From the NCBI GenBank assembly GCA_012295275.1, contig CM022665.1:35898001-35962000 (forward strand): a DNA stretch of 64,000 bases. Direction: 5' to 3'. Shown piece by piece: positions 54,250 to 64,000 of the stretch. How positions within the stretch are numbered: position 1 is the stretch's first letter; every line of letters begins with the position of its first letter. Both the position numbers and the translations under genes were made by a program. Under the pieces are notes generated by a model. The model searched no databases, was not told the DNA's origin, and saw only the letters and a program-made list of their open reading frames with translations. The DNA comes from Chrysomallon squamiferum (Eukaryota; Animalia; Mollusca).

Positions 54250-55030
54250 TAATTACTAGACCAGTGAACTAGTATGTCTTAGAATTTACTAGACCAGTGA
54301 ACTAGTTTGTCTTAGAATTTACTAGACCTGACTTAATACCAACTAGACCAAACTGTTGAATGACAAAATATGCCTTAAGCAGGGATAATTTTGTTAAACT
54401 TTGCTTCATATTATTTGAAGAGTATTCATAATAATTAACCAATGTAACTATGTTTGAATAAAACATTGTATTATAACTATTTTATTTTATTTTTTTCCAT
54501 ATTTAACTCATGAAAGAACAATATTTAACATTAAAAGTTAATGCTTGTAGTCTTATTACCCTGGAATAAGCTAAACTGTCTCTGTGGCAAATGATGCAAT
54601 ATCACTTCTCACAGAATATCCATATAGACTTTTCAGTTGATGGTTTGTGATGACTTTCAGTTCGAATAGTCACTTTTTTGTACACAGACTACTCAAGGAA
54701 TTTATCTACATCAATTCCATGGGATCATGCCCACCATGCCAATGCTTGTTGTGCATTGTAATCTGAAACAACTGGGCATTGCAAAAACTGTGCCTGAGGA
54801 CTTGACACATTTGATATCAATAATGTTGTTTATTTTTTGTATGTGACGTGGATTCAGAGTGGATTTTTATTGCATCAATTCTAAAATTATTTGTACCCTC
54901 AACAAATCTCCTTACAGTTTCATATTTTCTACATGGGATGCAGAACATGGTATTGCTTTCTTCATTGTAGTCAAGCCATGAGAACCTGTCTTTCCATTTC
55001 TGGCAGAACTGTCGTTTTCACTTTTCTTTT
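54250..55030 (-). mobile_element. Degraded hAT remnant with a ZNF862/C17orf113-type TTF zinc finger
   Basis: A minus-strand frame at ~55016-54820 reads KRQFCQKWKDRFSWLDYNEESNTMFCIPCRKYETVRRFVEGTNNFRIDAIKIHSESTSH. Short tandem repeats actagaccagtgaactagt at 54255-54350. Confidence 0.65.
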
Positions 55031-56200
55031 TCATATTTTTCTTCAGATTCTGCCTTACCCTTTCTTTTCTAGGACAAATCAATTTCTGATAGGTCTTTAT
55101 CTGATGAAAACCCATATTTACGCAGGTCTATGTTGTCTGCTCAGTTATGTAACCACATGTAAACAACCCGAAAATGGAATTGATTGTCATATATTTGGAA
55201 AACTTGGAAAACATTTATTCAAAGAATATACACAATTGTATGTTTTGCATTTTATTGCCTTATTTGATTTATTGAACCAAAAAAAAAAATAAAAAAAATA
55301 GCACATGCACTCTCTATTTTCAGCAAATCTTGGCCAATTCCAATCAGTCGGAAAACCTTATCACATTCCACTATGCTGTTATTTCCTAGAAATGTACAAG
55401 GTGCTCTGAATGTATCATGAGGTACCGAATCAACTGACTTGTTGCTGTCTCTACAAACATTTCCATATCTGTCAGCGGTTAGCACCAAGTCAGGATTGTT
55501 TATTTATTCACTGCCCACTGCTGCATGTAACATCTAATTATAGAACCTGGGATTTCCGCATTGATAGTTTAATAATTCATCAATCCTCTAATGAATGAAA
55601 ATGGAATATATTTGTTTGTAGGATCACTGGATGGCAAACTAATTCACCATTCATACATTATTAACACACCCAGTCGAGCTAGCCAGAAACAGTTATGATA
55701 AGACGTGTCTTACTGTCAAATCCTGAGCCAGTAAGTATAAGCTGAACATGTTAAAGCATCTAACAAAGGACATTTTGTTGATAAATAAAACAGTTTGTTT
55801 TGAATGTGCTATTAAACACATCAATTGTTTAAATTATTCATTATAATATGTCAAATTTAAGTCAAATAATTTATTAACAGCAGGTGGAATAAAAATACTA
55901 TTTTTAATAATGACATTTTTCTTCGATCTGTTTTTACCAACTGTCTTTTGTTGTTCCTTTGTTTCCTTTACTTTTAGTTTCTTCTATTTCTGCAAATTTA
56001 ATTAAGCACAAAAAAGGTTGCCCTATATATTTCACATTCATCATCTGCTAGAATTTGCCTTGTTTTCATTCATATCATTTTCTTTGTAGATTCTGATATT
56101 TCCAGTTCATTCTCCATGATTTCCAATGAACAGTTATTAATAATGTCTAGTTTTATTAGAGTGATAAAAAAGCCATTAACATAAGAAGTTTATTTCTAAC

Positions 56201-56559
56201 CTGTAATTGCTTTCTTGTTTGGTATTAATCAACTGAGTATTATTGATAGATACATTTTCGGTTTTATGTTCAGTATTTGTCAGTTCAGTAGTATGGGTAG
56301 ATACATTTTCGGTTTCATGTTCGATATTTGTTGATTCAGTATTATTGGTAGATACATTTTTGGTTTCTGGTTTTGTATTTTGTATTTTGTAAAGCTCCTG
56401 TTCCATATTTATTGTCTCATCTGATGTAAAGTATAGGTGATAATAAATAAGTCTTGTTTTATGCAACTCATTTCTAGTGTTTATTTTCTGCAACATGTCC
56501 ACAGATGTTTCACTTTTGTTATCAGATCCTGAACTCTTCATTGGACCTATTTGAAAAAC
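56201..56559 (-). CDS. Exon-like ORF of an unidentified gene with three 15-aa Thr/Asn/Glu-rich repeats
   Basis: Acceptor tttctctcctcag at 56560 and donor AG|GTTAGA at 56201. Open frame VFQIGPMKSSGSDNKSE...TENVSTHTTELTNTEHK.... A paralogous copy lies at 32507-32638. Confidence 0.4.
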
Positions 56560-56584
56560 CTGAGGAGAGAAACTTAATTGTTTT

Positions 56585-56627
56585 TTATTTTTTTTATTAA
56601 TTATCTCTATCACTATCAAGAGTTTAA

Positions 56628-56668
<41 letters not shown>

Positions 56669-56806
56669 TGACTAAATATGCAAATCAGTTGGTGAAATTA
56701 TTTTGTATAAACTTAATTATAACTGTAAAACTAAGATTGCTTTTTTTTTTTTTTTTTTTTTTTAATTTTTTTTATTAATTATCTCTATCACTATCAAGAG
56801 TTTAAA

Positions 56807-56847
<41 letters not shown>

Positions 56848-56930
56848 TGACTAAATATGCAAATCAGTTGGTGAAATTATTTTGTATAAACTTAATTATA
56901 ACTGTAAAACTAAGATTGCTTTTTTTTTCT
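56585..56930. repeat. Near-identical ~178-bp tandem duplication
   Basis: ttattaattatctctatcactatcaagagtttaaaat(aat)n...taagattgct(t)n occurs twice. Confidence 0.9.
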
Positions 56931-57302
56931 TTTTTATTGAAATTATCAGTTTGAGTGTTTAAGATAATAAATAAATAAATAAATAAATAAATAAGCAGAT
57001 TGTAAAAAAAAATTTCAGATTTGCTTGTGAAATGGTAAACTTGTATATTAAGTAAATAAATAACATAAATAAAATAAAATAAAATCCTTAAAATAAATAA
57101 ATATTAAATAAAATCAAAATTAAATAAATGAAAAAAAACTTCCCAGACAAACATGCACAGACATACATGTATGTCTATACTCTGTTTATGTGTTTATATT
57201 TCCTTCCATTAATCTACCTACCTTTTATATCAATGTCCCAAATTATCTCTCTCTATTTACGTGTATGTGTTTCTACTTAAGGATCCAATCATCTATCTAG
57301 TG

Positions 57303-60300
57303 CAGTGTTTCCCAACCTTTTTTGTACTAGCGCCCCCACTTCCAAAATTCATTCATAAGTTACAGCACACAATGTTTTAAAACAAATGAAGTCCTGAGTA
57401 ATGTTTGATAAACTTACATTTAGTCTTCTAAAAGTCTACAGCATGAATTTAGAAGGAGAAATATAAAAAAAATGTTGATGTAAATATTGTATTTAATGCA
57501 AAAAGAAAACATTCAAGTAACGTCCTTTTCAAAAAATGTTTCTTAATAAATATATATTTCTCAATAAAAAATAGTGGTACAGGATGCAGCAAAACAGTTT
57601 TTAACAATTTGTTTTGCAATGTGCTTTAAGGCACACTGCGCCGTCAAAGATAACATTTTTAATGAGCTTGTTGAATTTGGTGCTTACAGGCTAATTCCTT
57701 CACCCTCGGGTCAATGCTACTTAGAAGTAATCTTAAATCTCCTCTTTTAATGATTTGCAGGCGATTTCTTTGTTTTGTGAGAAGCTGAGTGACTGCACTA
57801 AATCCGCATTCAGCCATATATGAAGTTGGGAAAGCTATGAAATAAAGCTTAATTGCTTCCCACAACTTGGGATATCTTCCAGGAATTTCTTTTTGTAACC
57901 AAAATTGTTGGTATGATTGTTTGAAGAAAGGCTTTAATTCAAAGTTGTTTTTTAGAGTAATCAACTCTTCTTGTATTTCAAGATTGGTTTCATTTACACA
58001 AACGTCTGTAAATGGATTCAGAAACCAGTCTGGTATTTCCATATTTGTAAGATCTCTACATCTCATTTCCTTGTGCAATGTTTCCAAATGATCACAATAA
58101 ATCAAGAGGTCGTCTTCCAGTTTGGAGTTATCAGACTCATCATTTTCTAGTTCATTAAGTTTTGGAAACAGAGACAGATTCCGATGGCGAATATTATTCT
58201 TGAATAAGGTCAGCTTGTCCAAGAATGTACAAATCTTAGATTTTGCTTGGATAAGATTTAGATCACTGCCTTGCAATTGCAAATTGAGATCGTTGAATAT
58301 GGTGAATAGATCTGTTAAATAGGCAATGTCTGTTTTGTTTGCTAAAAGACAATCACTCAAATGATTACATTTATTTTCCTGGAGAAATTGCACTATGCTG
58401 TTGAAAAGAGAATAAAATAATTTTAAATGGTTTCCTTTGGATAACCACCTCACTTTGGTATGTAATAGAAGGCAATCAAATTCTTCATCGTTGTTGTTAC
58501 AGAGTTGTCGAAACACTCGGGAACTGAGGGGTTTGACAGTTTATTTTATTTACTGCCTTAATGACAACATCAAGGGATTTATGAAGCTGATCACTTAAGT
58601 TCCTGGCAACCAGATGTTGCTGATGAATTACACAATGTATTGTAAAAACACCAGGTACAACTTTCATTAAAAATGCAAGAAAACCTTGGTACTGACCTGT
58701 TAATGCAGGAGTGCCGTCTGTCGCGCAAGCAATAATATTGCTCATTGGGATATCTTTTTCTTTGAAGAACTGCTCAACTACAGTAAAAATAGATTCACCC
58801 CGAGTGACAGTTTCAAGTTCCTTTGCAAACAGCAGTTCTTGCACAACATTCTTATCTTTAATAAAACAAGCATATCCCAAAAGTAGAGCTTCATTGCCTG
58901 GTAGTGTAGATTCATCCAGTTGTAGACCAAATTGTTGACTTTTAAGTGTGTCACATAATATTTCTTCAATATCTGTGGCCATTTCATCAACTCTTTTTTG
59001 TACAGAATTATTACTAAGTGGAATTGCTTTGATAATTGTACTTGGTGAATCATGGTGTACTACTGTTTGTAAGACTTCCTCCATAGCTGGCAAAATCAGT
59101 TGCTCTCGAATTGTATGAGGCTTTCCTGACCTAGCAATCATTTTGGAGATATTGTATGAACTAAAAAGTCCATCGTCACTTTTTTGTGATTGTTTTGTCA
59201 CAAGGGTATTTCTGTTGTGAAATTTGTCTCGTAATGTTTGAAAGTATGACAAATTCTCTTTCTCTTTGTCAGGATGCACCTCATTGCAGAGCATTTTCTC
59301 ACAAAGATGGCACATCAGTCATTGCTTATTATTTGGAGAACTAATAAATCCATACTTCAGATATTCAACACCATATTGTCTGCACTTTCGTTTTGATGAG
59401 CTATCAGTCATGATTATGGGTTGTTAAATACATTCACTGAAAATAAGTAAAATAGTTACAGGCAAACAAAGAATATCACCATAGCAATTTAAGTAAGCAT
59501 GTCTAATTTGAACTAAACGTTTTATTAACAAATTTTTTTTATAAACAATGTATTTTTTGTTATTTGAAATGGAAGAATTATAATAAGGATAAGTTAATTA
59601 AATGATTGTAAGCAACCTTTGCAGTTGTTGTTTTCCAACTAACTCGACTGTTTGACAATAACTGTAACCGACTGCTTACTTGCAAGCAATAACCTTCGAA
59701 CTAAAATTTACTCTGGAAACACGCCAAATTCATTAAAACGTACCAAATATAATTTTAACTTATGAGAGACTAAAACAAATTTAAAATAATTAAATTGCAT
59801 TTTAATGTTCACTTTGCAACTCGTTTATCGGATTTCAATTTGAAGAATTAATTGTACCAGCATTGACACATACTCTGTAGTCACAGACCAGTAAGATCAC
59901 ATGTACCAACTTTTGCTAAAAACATATATTATCACCCATAAATCAATCATTCAATGACCTAATATACACAATTGTTCATTTTATCACTTTTGTGTTCGGA
60001 ACTTTCATTCGAATCCCATCCTAATCCCCAATTTTGCCCATGAATATGAGCAGGGTAATAAAAATACACTTGTCACTATCACGGCCGCATGAGAACTGAC
60101 CATGGACAACTCCCTTGGAGCTGACTGAGCTGCAGTCAACAACTTCACATGTTCATACAGCGAGATTGTTGTGTTCACGCAACAACATCAGTGAGCAATT
60201 GGGATAATATACAAGCTTAAATGTTACTTTTTATAGTACTGCTTGTTACTATTCTTGTGTGAACAATTTATAGAATTGTAGCTTATACTGTATTTTACAT

Positions 60301-60420
60301 AGTAATATTTAAATTTGTGATACGATGTATTTTAGATAACGCCCCCTTATGTGCGTTCAGCCCCCTTGTAACTCACCAACGCCCACAAGGGGACGTTATC
60401 ACCCACATTGGGAATCCCTG
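57303..60420 (-). mobile_element. Full-length Buster/Charlie hAT transposon (~3.1 kb) with inactivated transposase
   Basis: Perfect 8-bp TSD ATCTAGTG at 57295-57302 and 60421-60428. Imperfect TIRs CAGTGTTTCCCAACC and CAGGGATTCCCAATG. The transposase runs from 59411 to 57659 (RQYGVEYLKYGF, LDEST, TDG, HCVIH, RWLSKG, FPTSYMAECGFS) with a stop and frameshifts. Confidence 0.96.
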
Positions 60421-60845
60421 ATCTAGTGTCCAAGTTTATCAACACATCTGTCTTGCTATTTATATAGCTATGCCTCCATCCATTTCTATTTTTGTGTGTG
60501 TGTGTGTGTGTGTGTGAGGAAATAAATAAATTTATATATTTATATCTTTATTTATTTATTTCATTCCATTCATCTACATATCTTACATAACAACATCCAT
60601 TCTGACTTTCTCAGCACCAGTATTTAAGGATGATAGACACAGAGAAAAACAGATAGGAAGACATGTGGGAAGGTAGTGGAGGAAATGGCTATTCATGGAT
60701 TTCATTGTGGACAAAACAAAAAATACACAGATATGACAGATATAAACTGATAGGCAAGTAGGTAGGTAGGAAGAATACTAGGTCAGTAGCTTGATATGTA
60801 GACATGTAAACAGGTAGATAGATGGTAACCACACACACACACACG

Positions 60846-60882
<37 letters not shown>

Positions 60883-62232
60883 CTACCTGTGATCTCCAGC
60901 CACCAAAAAGGATCTTTGCATCTTTTTGATGGAAATTGTGTTTAACTGTGGTTACTTGAACTGGGGCTACACTAGCAATTCACAGTGGGCTGTGCACCTC
61001 ACACTGAATACTTTGTACTGGATAGATGTACTGTGCTGAGAAGGTTTGATACTGTGGTCTAACAGTTCTGCCTCTTCCTCTTCCATGTTACACTTGATAA
61101 GACCAACTAGATAAGACCCAATTACAGCTGTCATCCAGATATAACATCATGTCACCAAGCTGTCAGTGTAACCTGGTTGTACTTGCCATGAGTTCATTTT
61201 TCACTAGATAGATTACGTAGATAGACTAGTTGATCAACAGATCAGTAGATCCTATAAATAGCTACATCATCAATCATTTTGATAAGAAAAAATATTTTAT
61301 TTTCTTGGTTAATTGGGAATATAGAGGTGTTTCAAGAATAAAAACATTTATCATTTACTCATCTCCCTGACTTCACTTCCATAGATCTATCTAATAATCT
61401 ACTTTTCTATATTTCTCCAGTCTCTCTCCTTCTGTATTTTCTCCCAGCTTCAAATCATATTTACACATCATTTCATGTCTCCAGTCGCAAGGTATCCCTC
61501 TGTGATCATAATCATCCATCCATCATACAACTATGAACCAACGCACTGACTCTGGCTGTCTGTCTGTCTACCTGTGCATCATTTGTGCAATTTTTGCCTT
61601 TATATATGTCTTTCTACATATCTAAATAAATATGCTGGTTTTCCAAATAAAGTGAAACATTATTATCACCAGCAGGATTGTAAATATCAACACAATCTAT
61701 GGTGAATGTCACCTTATCCTTCTTCACACAATTGCCTGCTGATTTAGTTAAAACTTCATTACTGTTTCTGGATGTGTACCTCCTTCAAAATACATTAATC
61801 TGAGTGCCTTCCTATATTTCTCTAATATAGTGAAATAATTACCAGTATTTTCTATAATGCAACTAATAGCATCTATTACAAATTTCACATATATTGCTTA
61901 TTTTATTTATTTATTTATTTATTTAGTTTAAGGAAAACATGAAAGCCTTATCTATTCAGGTGAAATCTTAGCTATACCACAAAAAATATGATTTCAGTTG
62001 GTGCAGTGATATCAAACATTTTTCTCCTAGAAGAAGCCAAGTAGCATATAATGAGATATAATGAATGGACTTCCCAATTGATGACCTTTTTGCCAGTTTT
62101 AGAAATTATTTATTAAAGGAAACAGTGAGATCTCGCTGGATTAATATAATAACTTTATAATCTACTACAGATTTTTCAAAGAATAAAGGGTTTCTCCAGG
62201 TAGGTAATTATCACTGCTTAACTATAATTAAT

Positions 62233-62432
62233 NNNNNNNNNNNNNNNNNNNNNNNNNNNNNNNNNNNNNNNNNNNNNNNNNNNNNNNNNNNNNNNNNNNN
62301 NNNNNNNNNNNNNNNNNNNNNNNNNNNNNNNNNNNNNNNNNNNNNNNNNNNNNNNNNNNNNNNNNNNNNNNNNNNNNNNNNNNNNNNNNNNNNNNNNNNN
62401 NNNNNNNNNNNNNNNNNNNNNNNNNNNNNNNN
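62233..62432. other. Assembly gap (200 N)
   Basis: Exactly 200 N, typical of a fixed-size scaffolding join. The true distance is unknown. Confidence 0.99.
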
Positions 62433-64000
62433 GTAACACTATTAATGATGGAATTAAATATGTATTTGTTTTAATGTTTGTGAAATGAAATATAGACATT
62501 TTTTACGGCTTGTTTTCTCAGGATGATGAAGAGAGGAAGCTGAAGAGAAGAATCTACACATGCACCTTCTGCTTAAGAATGGTGTAGTCGAAGGACATCA
62601 CCGAAATGGTAAACAGAAATGTCTGTACATTTTGTAAAGAACAAATTAATAAAAATTGGAAAAATTTGAAAAAATTTTAATTAAAAAAAAATGGAAAAAA
62701 ATATTTGCTTGAAAAAAAAATAAATAAAATGAAAGAAATGAATAGTAATAATATTAGTAAAAAAATAATAGTGATAATATTGATAGTGATAATATTGATA
62801 ATGATAGTATCAAAAATTAATTAACATCATCATCATCATGAATGAAGCAAATTTAAGAACAATGATTAAAACAATAAGAGTAATACTAGTAGTCATGGAA
62901 TTATTTTTGTATTTGTTTTTATATTTGTTAAATGAAATAATGACATTTCTACGGTTTGTTTTCTCCGGATGAGAAGAGTAAATCGAAGAGGAGAATCTAC
63001 ACATCCACCTTCTGCTCAAGAATGGTGTAGGCGAAGGACATCACCGAAATGATAAAGAGAAATGCCTTCAGGATTAGAAGAAGAAACAGGACAGGAAAAT
63101 CTGCACATGCACCTTCTGCTTAAGAATGGTGTAAGCGAAGGACATCAACGAAATGGTAGACAGAAATGCTTGTACATTTTGTAAAGAACAAGTTTATAAA
63201 AACTGAAAAATTAAAATATTTGCTTGAAAAAAAGTAATTAAAATAAAGTCAGATAAATTAATTTGAATAATAGTAATAATTTTTACAATAATAATCTAAA
63301 TTGTAATAGTGATAATACTGATGATGGCAATAATGAAGTTCGCAAGAGCAATAACAATGATGACATCAACGTCATCTTCATCATCAGATTGAAGAGATTA
63401 GTAAGAATTATCATGATGATGATAGTAATGATGGTAACACTAATGATGATGGAATTAAGTTTGTATTTGTTTTAAAGTTTGTTGAATGAAATAATAAAAT
63501 TTCTACGGTTTGTTTTCTGAGGATGAGAAGACGAAACTGAAGAGGAGAATCTACACATGCACCTTCTGCTTAAGAATGGTGTAGTGAAAGGACATCACCG
63601 AAATGGTAAACAGAAATGCCTGTACATTTTGTAAAGAACATGTTAGTAAAAAGTGAAAAATAAAAATATTTTCTTTAGAAAAAGTTATTAAAATAAAATG
63701 AAATAAATTAATTTTAATAAGAGTACATTTTTTTACAATAATAATGAAAATAGTAATAGTGATAATACTGATGATGAGAATCATACAGCTATTAACAAGA
63801 GAAGTAACAATGATGACATCAATGTGATCATCGTCACTATCAAAGAGAATAATGAGAATTATTATGATAATGATAGTAATGAGAGTAACACTAGTAAAGA
63901 TGGAATTAATTTTGTATTTGTTTTTATGTCAGTTAAAGGAAATACTGACATTTCTACGGTTTGTTTTCTCAGGATGAGAAGACGAAACCGAAGAGGAGAA
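62433..64000 (+). repeat. Tandem repeat with ~450-555-bp units containing an exon-like ~85-nt core
   Basis: Core acggtttgttttctcaggatgagaag...aatctacacatgcaccttctgcttaagaatggtgtag...gacatcaccgaaatggtaaacagaaatg at ~62500, ~62945, ~63070 (extra sub-copy), ~63500 and ~63950. Confidence 0.9.

Noticed and set aside
55252-55620. Coding-like minus-strand stretch as a host gene
   Set aside because: It has multiple stops and no motif I can name. It is probably part of the adjacent decayed transposon.

Overview
This is AT-rich, intron-containing animal genomic DNA, probably molluscan: it has a GON-domain gene and SINE pieces resembling a gastropod-type MetaSINE tail (recalled from memory, not verified). 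I assembled four genes by hand from GT-AG splice sites. (1) The 5' part of CEP164 on the minus strand, running off the left edge. (2) A complete 279-aa two-domain rhodanese/sulfurtransferase with a non-canonical active-site loop (CFAGLA). (3) A complete 229-aa EMG1/NEP1. (4) A secreted GON-domain + 4x TSP1 gene with an in-frame TAG and a damaged last TSP1 exon. The rest is transposon remnants (Tigger, two Buster/Charlie hATs, a ZNF862-type hAT piece, a Copia, an RTE LINE, a possible FLYWCH/MULE fragment), an interstitial TTAGGG array, many mini- and microsatellites, a 200-N scaffold gap and an exon-like tandem repeat at the right edge. Most ORFs in the supplied track are microsatellite or antisense noise. 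The best leads are the rewired sulfurtransferase with an upstream ARE, the tandem amplification of splice sites in the GON-TSP1 gene (including a CRE-rich array), and a paralogous orphan exon cut off by telomeric repeats. None of these is a proven new system; all need RNA or comparative data.
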